In this document: in pieces, positions 1 through 9,899 of the stretch | Position numbering within the stretch: position 1 is the first letter of the stretch | Layout of the letters: every line of letters starts with the position of its first letter | Source of the DNA: Myxococcales bacterium | GTDB lineage: Bacteria > Myxococcota_A > Polyangia > Polyangiales > DASUME01 | DNA: 64,000 nt | Assembly: GCA_047601445.1 (NCBI GenBank) | Contig: JASGJH010000001.1 | Span: 6,976,001-7,040,000, forward strand | Direction: 5' to 3' | The notes under the pieces: model-generated | The model's input: only the letters and a program-made list of their open reading frames with translations | Databases searched by the model: none | What the model was told of the DNA's origin: nothing | Program-made: the position numbers and the translations under genes

Positions 1-1
1 G

Positions 2-166
2 ATCGATGCGTTCTATGCGCGAGCACTGGCCGAGGGAGCCACGAGCGACGGCAAGCCGGGCTTGCGGCCCGAGTACCACGAGACGTATTACGCGGCGTTC
101 GTGCGGGATTTTGATCAGAACCTGGTGGAAGTGGTGACGTTCTTGGGAGCGGAGCGGGGGGACTAA
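2..166 (+). CDS. VOC/glyoxalase family protein, C-terminal part (truncated by window edge)
   Basis: Manual translation gives IDAFYARALAEGATSDGKPGLRPEYHETYYAAFVRDFDQNLVEVV, a typical VOC C-terminal motif (PG.RP.YH..YYAAFV.D.DGN.IE). TAA at 164-166. Confidence 0.85.
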   Translation: MDAFYARALAEGATSDGKPGLRPEYHETYYAAFVRDFDQNLVEVVTFLGAERGD

Positions 167-260
167 TGGGGGCGCGGCTCTTCGATTGGGCCGTGTTGCC
201 TTGGATTACGACGTGGGCTGACCAGCTCATGTGGACGTTGGACAGACAAAGCAAGAACCC

Positions 261-1007
261 ATGCGAACTGTCGCGATCGCAGCGTGTCTGACAGGATTGG
301 CAATCAGCGGGATTGCGCTCGCGCTCCTAAGCTTCGCACCGCGCCTTGTTGAAGATCATGTCCGGGATGCCGTCGTGAGCCTGCTGCGGAGCGAAGTGGC
401 CGAGAGCGTTGGTCCCAAGGTGGACGTCGAGGCGGTCGCCGAACTTGCCAAGAGAGCGGTCGAGCGGAAAATGGCTGGCCTCAGCGAGAGGATGGAGAGC
501 CAACTCCCAGAGGCGGTTGCGCTCATCTTCACTCACCTGTGCCATTACGAATGCAGCTCTCGTAACGAGGTCGCGGCGTCGCTGCGCGCGAAACTGGCCG
601 AAAAAGTGATTGGTTTGGAGCGCGGTCTGGCCCGGGTCAGCGTGTGGGCAGAGAGCAGGTACGCTCGGCTGGTCACCGAATTCGTTCACGAGTTGACCAT
701 CTTCTTCGGTGCAAACGCAGGGCTCTTTGCGCTGGCGCTCCTAGGCCTGTTGCGAGCGCCACGAAATTCCGTGATCGAGAAGACCTCGCTACTCCTTCTA
801 GTCTCGACCCTTACGGTGGCCGCAACGTATTTCGCCAGTCAGAACTGGCTGCTGACCTTCGTCACGGCGGATTACCTGGGTTGGTCGTACCTCGCGTGCG
901 TCGCAGCAGCTTTCGTCTTGCTCGTCGACAACGCATTCTTGAAAGCGACGATAACCAGCGCGTTGCTGAACGCCATCGGGGCGCTTGTTCCAGGCGGAGC
1001 TACCTAG
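261..1007 (+). CDS. Hypothetical membrane protein
   Basis: One N-terminal hydrophobic helix, a helical soluble part and about 3-4 C-terminal TM segments. Start could be 231 (GTG) or 261 (ATG). Confidence 0.7.
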   Translation: MRTVAIAACLTGLAISGIALALLSFAPRLVEDHVRDAVVSLLRSEVAESVGPKVDVEAVAELAKRAVERKMAGLSERMESQLPEAVALIFTHLCHYECSSRNEVAASLRAKLAEKVIGLERGLARVSVWAESRYARLVTEFVHELTIFFGANAGLFALALLGLLRAPRNSVIEKTSLLLLVSTLTVAATYFASQNWLLTFVTADYLGWSYLACVAAAFVLLVDNAFLKATITSALLNAIGALVPGGAT

Positions 1008-1228
1008 CTCAGGGAGGCCAAGAGAACCGTGCGCGGGTGCTGCAATGCGCGCTGAACCGGGGGCCCTTTAAGTGATGAAATTGGGGTGCCCTTGCGAGGC
1101 GTCCAAGCACTATCGCCAAACAGCCGAACAGCTGGGAAGCGCGGAGCGGAGGCAACCGCGGGCACTGGTAGCGACACCTATCGCCGGGCTCGGCGGACCA
1201 ACCAGCGGACGCGGACGACAACCGCCGC

Positions 1229-2533
1229 CTAGTACTGATCCTTTAGAGAATACGTTGCGTTCGAACCGGAGCTCCAGCTGAGGTCCGTCCAGCCCCAAGA
1301 GTTGCCGCTGCTCCAGTATTCATGCAGATGGTTGTCCGTGGCGATGTAGAAAATGTGGCTCGTGCCGGTCGCATCCTGATAGCCGGCGATTGGGCTTAGG
1401 GCACCGTCCGCTGCTTTAGCAGCAGGAAATCCCACCTTCTGAGTGATGTTCTCGTTCACGTTCGGATTGTAGATGTTCTGGTCCGACCCGATGTAGAAGG
1501 GGATGCCGTTGTACGAGACGGTTGGGCTGCTCGAGGTCAAATACGGCGCATTGATCACGCCGCTCACCCAATGATTGTAGTAAGCCAGCCAGCGCATCCC
1601 CGGGGCGCCCCCTTGCTGCGCACCCCAGATGGTCTGGATGCCGTTGGCAACGGAGCTGGAAAACTTTCCCGCGGGGATTTGCGCTGAGGTGAGGTTCGGT
1701 TGAACCGCGGCGCTCAAGTTGTTGGGCCACCATTGGTTACCGGATGTGTAGAGCTCATGGAAAATGCCATCCAGACCGTTGTAATAGATATGCTGAGCGG
1801 TGCCGTCCCAGCCACCCGATATTCCTTCACTGCCGTTGGCTCCGATGTTGATCGCGGCGTCATGCGTCTCCGCAGCCCAGTTCCAAGTGTTGTTACTGAC
1901 GTAGGTGTGCATGAGGACGTTTGGATAATCGCCCGCCACTCGGGATCCATAGGCCCAGACGCTCTGGTTTGTGCCGTCGTAATATGCGACCAGGGGCGGA
2001 CTTCCGGTGACGGGTCCCAAGAGGCAACCCATCGGCGTATCGGTTCTTCCGACCGGCTGCTTTCCAGCAGGCACGAAGGTCGTGTAGTTATGCCCGGGGC
2101 CACTGGACGGCTCCGGTAGGTTGTCTCGGCTCCAAGTCTGCCCCGAGCCATGGAGACCGTCTCCGGTGCGGATCCCGACAACCTTCAGCGTATAGGGAGG
2201 GTTCGGATCGTAGCTTAGGAAGTAGAGGTGATCCTGGTTGTCGTGTCTCTCGTAGAGACCCGCAAAACTGCCCCCGAGAACGACGAATGGCGACAGTACT
2301 TTGGAGTACCGCCACCCCGCGGACGGCGAGTAGAAGTACTCTTCGATATAGTAATACTTGCAGTATGGCTGCGGGCCGTCATCCGATCGCATGACGAACA
2401 CGTGCGCGTCGGTGCCGTTCGCGCCCGGATACGCCACGATCTTGGCGTAGGCCTCGGCATCGTTGGGGGCGACGGCCTGAAGAAGAGTCGCCGTTCCTGC
2501 GAGTGCAGCGGCAAGTGTCACTTTGTTGCGCAT
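1229..2533 (-). CDS. Secreted protein with fucose-specific-lectin-like (AAL/RSL-type beta-propeller) repeats
   Basis: Signal peptide MRNKVTLAAALAG...AEA. Repeats QHIYYNGLDGIFHELY...WWPNNLS and SHIFYIATDNHLHEYW...WGWTDLS. Rich in Trp, Tyr and Gly. AGGAG lies upstream of the ATG at 2533. Confidence 0.7.
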   Translation of the reverse strand: MRNKVTLAAALAGTATLLQAVAPNDAEAYAKIVAYPGANGTDAHVFVMRSDDGPQPYCKYYYIEEYFYSPSAGWRYSKVLSPFVVLGGSFAGLYERHDNQDHLYFLSYDPNPPYTLKVVGIRTGDGLHGSGQTWSRDNLPEPSSGPGHNYTTFVPAGKQPVGRTDTPMGCLLGPVTGSPPLVAYYDGTNQSVWAYGSRVAGDYPNVLMHTYVSNNTWNWAAETHDAAINIGANGSEGISGGWDGTAQHIYYNGLDGIFHELYTSGNQWWPNNLSAAVQPNLTSAQIPAGKFSSSVANGIQTIWGAQQGGAPGMRWLAYYNHWVSGVINAPYLTSSSPTVSYNGIPFYIGSDQNIYNPNVNENITQKVGFPAAKAADGALSPIAGYQDATGTSHIFYIATDNHLHEYWSSGNSWGWTDLSWSSGSNATYSLKDQY

Positions 2534-2647
2534 AGTTGAACTCCTGTTCTTGATGGCCAAAAGCGCAGTAGTCGGCGGCGGGCCTCGGCCGGTTAGGCCG
2601 GACTGAGTGTGCAGTCGTCTATGCGTTTGGACCTATATATGCGCGGT

Positions 2648-2663
2648 CGCAACGATCGTTCCA
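2648..2663 (-). promoter_or_regulatory. Putative sigma-54 promoter of the lectin-like gene
   Basis: Minus strand reads TGGAACGATCGTTGCG (GG-N10-GC, TTGC), about 115 bp upstream of the start. Confidence 0.6.
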
Positions 2664-3199
2664 TGGCAACTTCCTTTAGAGGATGCTTGGTGCCATCGGC
2701 CTCCGTGGGCGAAACGCGCGCCGAAACACGCCAAATTTACGGTTACTCGGCATGCTCGTCGGGAACGTGGCTCATCAGTTGAACGCCCTGCTGCAGTGTG
2801 AGGACGGCTATCTATCCCTCGCTGCTGGAGGCTGCGCACCGCTCGGTGAGCCGGCCCTGCTCGCTGCACTCCATTCACGCAGCGCAGTCGGCGACCGAGA
2901 ACATGCGAGAGCTCGTCGGAGACCTGCGACACTTTTCGGAAGTAGACGAGCCGACGCCAAGCAAGCACTGGGGGCGGCAATGGGCATCAGTGCACCGCAT
3001 TCTGCGGTCCGACGCTCAGCTCGAGGGTCTAAGCCGCCTCTACGAATCACCCCGACGTTTGTGCTTGAGCGCAACAGAGCACTCGGCCCGTCGCCAGCGC
3101 GGGCTTGGCTTCCGGCCGGCACTCCGCGCTCAGTACTGGTTGCCGTGTTCCGGGTGTCATACGATCCGCGGTCTGTCACACAACGCGAGTCTGAGGTCG

Positions 3200-4184
3200 A
3201 TGTTCAAAGGTTCTGAAGCGTCCCTGTCGCGCCCCGGGTGGCGTACCACGTGCCATGTCTTGTTCGTCTTGACGGCGCTCCTGCACACACCTGCCTGCTC
3301 CGAGCAGTCAGCGTCGACGGGCAAGAACGGCAGCAGCTGCATGTCCTCCGTCGAGTGCCAGGAGCCGCTCTACTGTGACCGCTGGAGTGATCACACGTGC
3401 GCGCAGCGAGGAGCGCTCGGCCGCCTCTGTGAGGAAGGAAAATGCAGCGCAGGACTGGTGTGCGACCGGGACGAACGCTGCTCTCCACCAGGGGAAAGAG
3501 GGCGATCGCTGCACTGACGACGAGCAGTGCGCTGCGCCGCTCTATTGCAACTTCGACGAGTGGACGCCGAAGCAGGAGCTGGGTGACGCTTGCGAGTACC
3601 CATGGGAGTGCGACGACGGGCTTGCGTGTAACTTTGAATCCGCCGGGGAAGATGAGCTCGGCGTGTGTGAGGAAGTCGGTAGCGAGGGGAAGCCCTGCAC
3701 GCCCGACCACTTCTGCGACGAGGGCCTGACTTGCCGGGCCAATGTTTGCACGAGCGGGTCGGGCAAGCCCCTCGAGGCCCCCTGCACGATGGACTACGAG
3801 TGCGAGAGTGCGCGTTGCGAGTTGCGGGGTGGCGCAGCGGTCGCGGTGTGTCTGCCCGCCCTCTCGGAGTACTGCGAACTGAGCAGAGGTTACTGCGAAT
3901 ACTTTGCCGGCGGCCCACTCTATCCGAACACCTGTGGGGGCCTGCTTTCGGACTGCACCCCCTCGCAGAGCTGTCAGCCCCTCTCCTTCAACAGCAGCAC
4001 TTGGGTTTGCCGTGATGCGTGCGCAGGCAACGGCGCGTGCCCGAACAACGGCACATGCAGCGCCGGCTACTGCATTCCCCATCCGCAATGGGAGCTCGTG
4101 CGCGACGCGCCCGAGGAGCACGTGTGCGTCAGCAACGAGAACTGCGCCTCCGGAGTGTGCGACGACAACCTCTGCGGCGGATAG
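3200..4184 (+). pseudogene. Cys-rich repeat lipoprotein with an apparent +1 frameshift at about 3491-3494 (possibly an assembly error)
   Basis: Lipobox-like TPAC, then G..C....C...L.C repeats. These continue in another frame after GGGG at 3491-3494. Removing one G gives CSPPGKEGDRCTDDEQC. Confidence 0.7.
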
Positions 4185-4301
4185 GCGGTGAGCGTGGATG
4201 GGGCCGGCGGAAAGGTCGCTTCCTATTCGTCCGAGCCTATCGGTGTCGGCTTCGGTCCGCTTCATCGGTTGCCATCGAAATGCGAGCCTCCGCCTGACCG
4301 C

Positions 4302-6362
4302 TTATCCCCTCAGCTGCTCCAGCACGCTGCGAAGCTCCCGCTCCAGCTCCCCAGCATCCCGATAGCGATCGGCGGGCTTCTTCGCGAGACAACGCAGCGT
4401 GAGTTGCTCCAGCGCCGGATGGACTTCGCTCGCTCCGCTCACGCTGGGCGGAGCGGGCGTCTGCGCTGCGTGCGCCAACAAGAGCGCGCCTGCCTCGCCG
4501 TGTTCGAAGGGGGGCCGCCCTGTCAGCAGGAAGTAGAGGACTCCGCCGAGCGCGTATACGTCGCTGCGGGCGTCAGCGGGTTGTCCGAGCGCGACTTCGG
4601 GCGAAACGTACTGGGGCGTCCCAACCATCCGCTCGCCGACGGTGAGAGAGTGCGCGACCTCTGCGTCCAGGAGCTTCGCGACCCCGAAGTCGAGCACCTT
4701 TACGAAGTCCGAGATGCCGCCCGCCTTGCAGACGAAGACATTGGCGGGCTTGATGTCGCGATGGATCACGCCCTGCTGGTGGGCTTCAGCCATCGCACCT
4801 GCCACCTGCAGCATGATATGCAAGCAACGATGCTGGTTTAGAGCTCCTTCCCTCAGGACCAGTGCGTTCAGGTCGTCGCCTTCGAGAAACTCCATCGCGT
4901 AGTACCAGAGGCCGTCCTCCGTTGCGCCGTAGTCGAAGATGCGCACGGTGTTCGGATGAGTGAGGCTCGTGGTGGCTTGAACTTCGCGTTCGAAGCGCTG
5001 CAATGCATGGGGGCTCGAGCGGTCCATCCGCATGATCTTCACCGCGACGTTGCGACGAAGAGTGGCATGGTGGGCCAACCAAACCTCACCCATGCCGCCA
5101 CGCCCGATACAGTGCATGAGGCGGTAGCGTCCGAGGTTGCGCGCGGCGAAGATCTGTCTGCGCAGGGCCCACACGGCGTGCCCGCCCGCCACGGTGTAGA
5201 AGAAGGCGGTGAAGACCAAACTGCTGTAGAAGTAAAACAGCGACAGGGCGGCCGGATCGTGGAGCTTGGCGGCAAGTTCGGGCGAGATCATCATCCCGAT
5301 GACCTGGGCGACCGGATACGAGAAGGCGGCCACGCCTCCAGAGATGAGACTCTGACGCCAGGGCACCGCGATGAAGGCGTTGCGAGACATCAACACGACT
5401 GGCAGGCCGGCTGCATAGGGCGAGGACATTCCCCCGGACATTACGCACATGGCCGAGATCGCCACGCCCGCAGACCCAAACGAATAGGCATCCAAGCGCG
5501 CCAGCGCTGCCGGCGTGGGCAACGGCGAGCGCCGCAGACGCCAGGCCACATACGGCGGAAAGAACCAGGCCAGGCCGCGCGCGACCACGTACCACCAGAA
5601 TTCTCCCGGGTGGATATAGGTGACCATGAGCCAGTCGCACAGAAAGAACGAAGGCCAGACGAAGCTCGCGATGTCGCCGACCTTTCTGAGCCGCAGCACG
5701 TTGGCCACGTGCTCCTCGTCAGAAAGCTTCTTCTCCATGTCGGCGCGTTCGCTGGAGCGGCGGTCTTCCACGCGCAGCGGAGAACCCGTGCTCATCTGGC
5801 CGGCGGCGGACTTGGCCACGTCGATAGAACGTGTGGGCTCGAGCTCTCCACAGGCGGCCAGGAGCTCCCGGGCGCTGGCGAAGCCGCCGGTCTCCGGGGC
5901 GCGGTCGGTCCGGCGTAGGGCCTCCACGAGGGGGGAGAGGACGTCCGGACGCTGCTCTTCCAAGCTGCGCGTGAGCTGGTCCAGATAGGCGGGCGTGGCG
6001 TCGTTCTCGACGATGCCCAGCAGGGCACGAGCGACCAACACGCCGATGGCTGTCAGATCGGCCTGGACGGCGCGTGGTGTCAGCGGAGTGCCGTGTCCTC
6101 CATGCTGGCCGGCCTGCTTGGAGACATCGATCTCTACGGCCAAGTGGCCAGAGGGGCGGGGCTTGCGTAGCCAAATCCGTGATAGCTCGGGGAGCACCGC
6201 TCGTTGCCCAGTGGCGTGGGCATTCATCGCGGCCATGGTCAGGCCGCGCAGGATCTGCACAGCTTCGGCGATGGTCAGGTGGCGCGTGCGTAAGAGCTCA
6301 TCGAGTGAGACCGCAGAGCTGCTTGGCGAGCCGTTTTCAGCAGGCGATTCGACTCCCGACAC
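4302..6362 (-). CDS. Membrane-bound Hanks-type Ser/Thr protein kinase
   Basis: The C-terminal kinase has IGRGGMGEV, VAVK, HRDIKPAN, DFG, GTPQYVSPE and DVYALG. About 5-6 TM helices precede it. Confidence 0.95.
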   Translation of the reverse strand: MSGVESPAENGSPSSSAVSLDELLRTRHLTIAEAVQILRGLTMAAMNAHATGQRAVLPELSRIWLRKPRPSGHLAVEIDVSKQAGQHGGHGTPLTPRAVQADLTAIGVLVARALLGIVENDATPAYLDQLTRSLEEQRPDVLSPLVEALRRTDRAPETGGFASARELLAACGELEPTRSIDVAKSAAGQMSTGSPLRVEDRRSSERADMEKKLSDEEHVANVLRLRKVGDIASFVWPSFFLCDWLMVTYIHPGEFWWYVVARGLAWFFPPYVAWRLRRSPLPTPAALARLDAYSFGSAGVAISAMCVMSGGMSSPYAAGLPVVLMSRNAFIAVPWRQSLISGGVAAFSYPVAQVIGMMISPELAAKLHDPAALSLFYFYSSLVFTAFFYTVAGGHAVWALRRQIFAARNLGRYRLMHCIGRGGMGEVWLAHHATLRRNVAVKIMRMDRSSPHALQRFEREVQATTSLTHPNTVRIFDYGATEDGLWYYAMEFLEGDDLNALVLREGALNQHRCLHIMLQVAGAMAEAHQQGVIHRDIKPANVFVCKAGGISDFVKVLDFGVAKLLDAEVAHSLTVGERMVGTPQYVSPEVALGQPADARSDVYALGGVLYFLLTGRPPFEHGEAGALLLAHAAQTPAPPSVSGASEVHPALEQLTLRCLAKKPADRYRDAGELERELRSVLEQLRG

Positions 6363-6628
6363 GCGGCGGATGATACGCGAGTCTCGCGCGCGAGCCTCGG
6401 CAATTCGAAACCACGACCAAACCCCTGGTGACCAGGCCGAAAGTCGGCAGGACTAGCGAGTGGCTCGCACTTTCGCGCGTGCATCGGCGGGTCGGACAGC
6501 TGCTGGCTCAACGCGGCTACCGCGGCCTACGTTGGGCTATGGGAGGCTTTCGGCGGCTTGCGGCAGTCGGCGCGCGAGCAGCGAATGAGTGCGGCGGACC
6601 GGCGTAGTGAGGGCCACGAGGCCTTTGA

Positions 6629-8521
6629 CTACCATATGAAACTCGCTCCCCCGAGGTACGTCTGTTCGAGCGTGTCGTGAGCGAAATGATAGCGAACCGA
6701 CGAGTCCAGGTTGAGCGCGAACCAGTCCCGCACGTGAATGCGAATGAGCGGCTGGGGCCGGAGGCCCATGCTTTGCACCGAGCCCACGGCGAGCTGCACC
6801 GCCCCCTCGGGGCTGCGCCAGCTCTGATCCGCGAGCTCTCCCTCCCAGAGTTGATTCTGCGAGATGGAGAGCGCCAGATGAAACGTCACGGTGTCCGCGA
6901 GCGTGTGCGTGTAGCCCACGGCCGCGTGCACGCGCCAGGTGTTCGGGGGCGTCCAACGAGGCGGGTAGGCGCTCTCTGGGGAAGCGCTCAGGCGCGACTC
7001 GGCCGTCATCTGCGCCGGTTGCGGATTCACATCGTGATCGCCGGAGTCTCTGGCGATCCAACGCAGGCCAGAGCTAGCCCCCAGGCTGAAGTCGAATGAA
7101 GAGCGCTGCGAGATCCAACGGCGCAAGTCCACGCCAAAGGCCGGCTGCGCCGTGAGAATGAAACCAGCGAAGTTGTTGAACCCCATCCCCCAGCCCACGA
7201 TGCCGCCCCAGGGCAGCCACTCGAAGCCGCCGTGCTCCCCTCCGCGGTACGTGATGGCGAGCGTGGGAAGAACCCATTGCCAGCGGTCGGTGAGCCCGCG
7301 CGGTGCGAGCATCCCGAACGCGAAGTGGTTGTCGGTCGCGATGTTCATGCCGAGCGTCGACCCTTCCGTGACACCGAGCCAGCCCGTAATCTCCTGCATA
7401 CCCTTGGGGACCGTGGTGAGTGTCAGCGGCCGTGGCGCTCCATGCTTGACGGCAAGCAAACTCGAACCGACCAGCGAGAGACGCTCCTCGTCGATGTGCG
7501 TGGTCTGACCGGGCTCGACGGCGATCTCTTCCGCCCATACCTGACTGCCGCTACGGCGTCGCAGGAGGTAGCGCCCCGGCGCCACTGCCAGCTGCAGGCT
7601 TCGTTCGCCCTTTGGCAGCTCCAGCACCACCAGCCCGCTTCCCAGGTGCAGCAGTTCGAGCGGCCCCTGGCGCTGATCTACCGAGAGCAGCGCACCGGCA
7701 GCGTGCAGCGTCGCCAGTCGCAGGTCGTTGCGTCCGCGCAGCTGCATCGAGAAGCTCGGATGCTGCGGCGACGCCGTGTGGAGCGCCGTGTCGCGAATCG
7801 TCAAGGCTCGCGCATACTCGAAGGCCTCCGTCAGCATGACCTGACCATCGGCGTTGCGGTCGCCCGCTCCACGCAGGCCGGCAATCCAGTGATGTGTGAA
7901 GAACGAGCCGCCGAGCGCCTCGGACTCGTGCGCGTCCTCGAGACCCGAGCTCGAGGCGATCAACACCGATCCCTCACTCGAGAGCGCCGTCGGCAGGTCG
8001 ACTTCGAACAGCTCGGTCTCGTTCAGCCCCTTGGCCCCCGTCCATCCCCCGCCGCGGCAAGCGTCGATGATGCCGATGCGCACACTCACCTTGGGGCTTT
8101 GCAGGCGTGCGCGCAGATCCGCGAGCGCGAGGGGACGTCCCGCAGGATAGAGCGAGGTCGTATCGGCGTGCCCCGAGTAGTAGAAGAGCAACAGGGCTTC
8201 TCGATCCTGCGCATGCACACGCTCGAGCTGGGCATCCAGCGCGCGCAGGACGGCAGCCGGATCGGGGTCGAGCAGCACGTTCACGTCGGATGGCGCAAAA
8301 CCTCCGAGCTCGACCAGCACCCTGCCCACGGCTTCGGCATCGTCTCGCGCATAGCGAAGCGCCTTGCGACCCGGCGCTGCGGCGTTGGCTCCAATGACGA
8401 GCGCCATGCGGCGCGGGCCACCGGCAGCGGAGGGGTCGGCGCGGACGATGCTCGCAGTGACCGACTGCACGCACGCCAGCAAGACGAGCGAGGCGAGCGC
8501 GCGCACGACTTTCCGGTTCAC
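6629..8521 (-). CDS. Secreted caspase-family (peptidase C14) protein with a probable C-terminal beta-barrel
   Basis: ALVIGAN, LRYARDDA, YYSGHA (His) and IIDACRGG (Cys). Signal peptide present. The GTG start overlaps the upstream stop (GTGA). The C-terminal region has amphipathic strands ending GASFIW. Confidence 0.9.
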   Translation of the reverse strand: MNRKVVRALASLVLLACVQSVTASIVRADPSAAGGPRRMALVIGANAAAPGRKALRYARDDAEAVGRVLVELGGFAPSDVNVLLDPDPAAVLRALDAQLERVHAQDREALLLFYYSGHADTTSLYPAGRPLALADLRARLQSPKVSVRIGIIDACRGGGWTGAKGLNETELFEVDLPTALSSEGSVLIASSSGLEDAHESEALGGSFFTHHWIAGLRGAGDRNADGQVMLTEAFEYARALTIRDTALHTASPQHPSFSMQLRGRNDLRLATLHAAGALLSVDQRQGPLELLHLGSGLVVLELPKGERSLQLAVAPGRYLLRRRSGSQVWAEEIAVEPGQTTHIDEERLSLVGSSLLAVKHGAPRPLTLTTVPKGMQEITGWLGVTEGSTLGMNIATDNHFAFGMLAPRGLTDRWQWVLPTLAITYRGGEHGGFEWLPWGGIVGWGMGFNNFAGFILTAQPAFGVDLRRWISQRSSFDFSLGASSGLRWIARDSGDHDVNPQPAQMTAESRLSASPESAYPPRWTPPNTWRVHAAVGYTHTLADTVTFHLALSISQNQLWEGELADQSWRSPEGAVQLAVGSVQSMGLRPQPLIRIHVRDWFALNLDSSVRYHFAHDTLEQTYLGGASFIW

Positions 8522-9210
8522 TTGGCAGCTCCTCGCTTGGGGAAATTCAAGCGCACAACCCATACTTCGCCCGGGTCGTGCGCGCGCAGAAGCTCCTGGG
8601 CTGCGAGCGGGGAGATCTCCCAGCGCGAGAGCATGACTGCGATCTGCTCTGCCCCTGGCGCCGCATCGAGCTCCCATGCCTTGGGCAGCATGGACAACGT
8701 TCGCGGCGGCAGCCGTCCTGTGTAGAGCAACTTCGGAACGGCCTCCTGCGTGGCCACGTTGAAGACGGACACATGACTGAACTCTTCGGGCATGATCTGC
8801 AGGCGGATGCGATCACCCGCGACGAGCGGCGCGCCGTCCCACAAGCCACTCACGCCCTCGTGCTGCACGTACACCCCCACGGCCGGCGCGCCCTTCACGC
8901 CGTCGTAGCTCGGGTCCACGTCCTTGGGACGCAGAATCGCGAGGCTCACCGCGGCAGCCAGGGCTAACGCCCCTACCGTCCACAAGCGCCGGGGTCGTGT
9001 GCGCGGCACCGTCTTCCCAGGCGTCCGTACAGACAGCGCAGCGCGCTCCTCGAGCCAGGCCGGCACCGCACCCGTTGGTTGGTGGCTCGCGACGTACGCG
9101 CGGCAGCGCGCACAGTCGGCCAGGTGGTTGGCCGTAGCCACACCCGAGCTGGCCCCCAACACATGCCGGTCGAGCTCCAGGTATGAAGGATGAAGGGTCG
9201 CATCGCTCAT
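8518..9210 (-). CDS. Putative anti-sigma factor (zf-HC2-like motif, TM, DUF4384-like domain)
   Basis: HLADCARC (H-x3-C-x2-C), one TM, then a GVKG...GDRIRL periplasmic domain. Coupled to the sigma gene by an ATGA overlap. Confidence 0.75.
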   Translation of the reverse strand: MSDATLHPSYLELDRHVLGASSGVATANHLADCARCRAYVASHQPTGAVPAWLEERAALSVRTPGKTVPRTRPRRLWTVGALALAAAVSLAILRPKDVDPSYDGVKGAPAVGVYVQHEGVSGLWDGAPLVAGDRIRLQIMPEEFSHVSVFNVATQEAVPKLLYTGRLPPRTLSMLPKAWELDAAPGAEQIAVMLSRWEISPLAAQELLRAHDPGEVWVVRLNFPKRGAAK

Positions 9211-9719
9211 CGTTCACTCCTCGTGCGCAGGCGCACCGCGCGCTCCTCGAACCTCACCAACAAACGCCGCACGCTGCGCTCGTGGATTCCGAGCACCTCG
9301 GCAATCTCTTGCTGTTTCAGGCCATCCACATGACTGAGCAGGGCCGCCGAGAGTTCGTCCTCGGGCAACCGGCGAACGAGCTCGGCCCACATCCCCGCGA
9401 ACAGAGCCTGCCTCTCTGGAGAAGCCTGGCTAGAAAGACTGTCGAAGGCGTGGTCTTCGGAGACGAGCCGTGCGCGCGACCGCAAGCGGTCCACGGCCAG
9501 CCGCGTGCTGGTGCGGTACAGCCAGGCGGTCACCCGACGGGGGTCATCGAGCGCGATCCCAGCGTCATGGAGCCGGAGGAACGCCTCCTGGGCGACGTCC
9601 TCCGCCTCGTGCCCGTCCCCGAGCATGCGGGCGCACTTGCGGACGAGGAGGGGGAAGTAGAGACGGTACGCGTGGATGAGCTCGGAAGGCATGCAGAAAG
9701 AGGCGCCTTGCGGGCGCAT
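9207..9719 (-). CDS. ECF-type RNA polymerase sigma-70 factor
   Basis: Region 2 AEDVAQEAFLRL...AWLYR...AVDRLR. Region 4 GLKQQEIAEVLGIHERSVRR. Confidence 0.92.
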   Translation of the reverse strand: MRPQGASFCMPSELIHAYRLYFPLLVRKCARMLGDGHEAEDVAQEAFLRLHDAGIALDDPRRVTAWLYRTSTRLAVDRLRSRARLVSEDHAFDSLSSQASPERQALFAGMWAELVRRLPEDELSAALLSHVDGLKQQEIAEVLGIHERSVRRLLVRFEERAVRLRTRSER

Positions 9720-9899
9720 GGTGAAAGACGACGCAGGACATGCAAACCGGACAAAAAAGGTGAAGGAGCCTGCTCCCCGGTCGGTCTTTCACCCCAAGCG
9801 CATGTAATCAGCTCGTGCCTACGTCCGATCACGGGCTCCACGACGTGCACGTCGTCCGAGGCGGACCAAATGGCGGGCTCAGCCTTTGGAACTCCGCAA

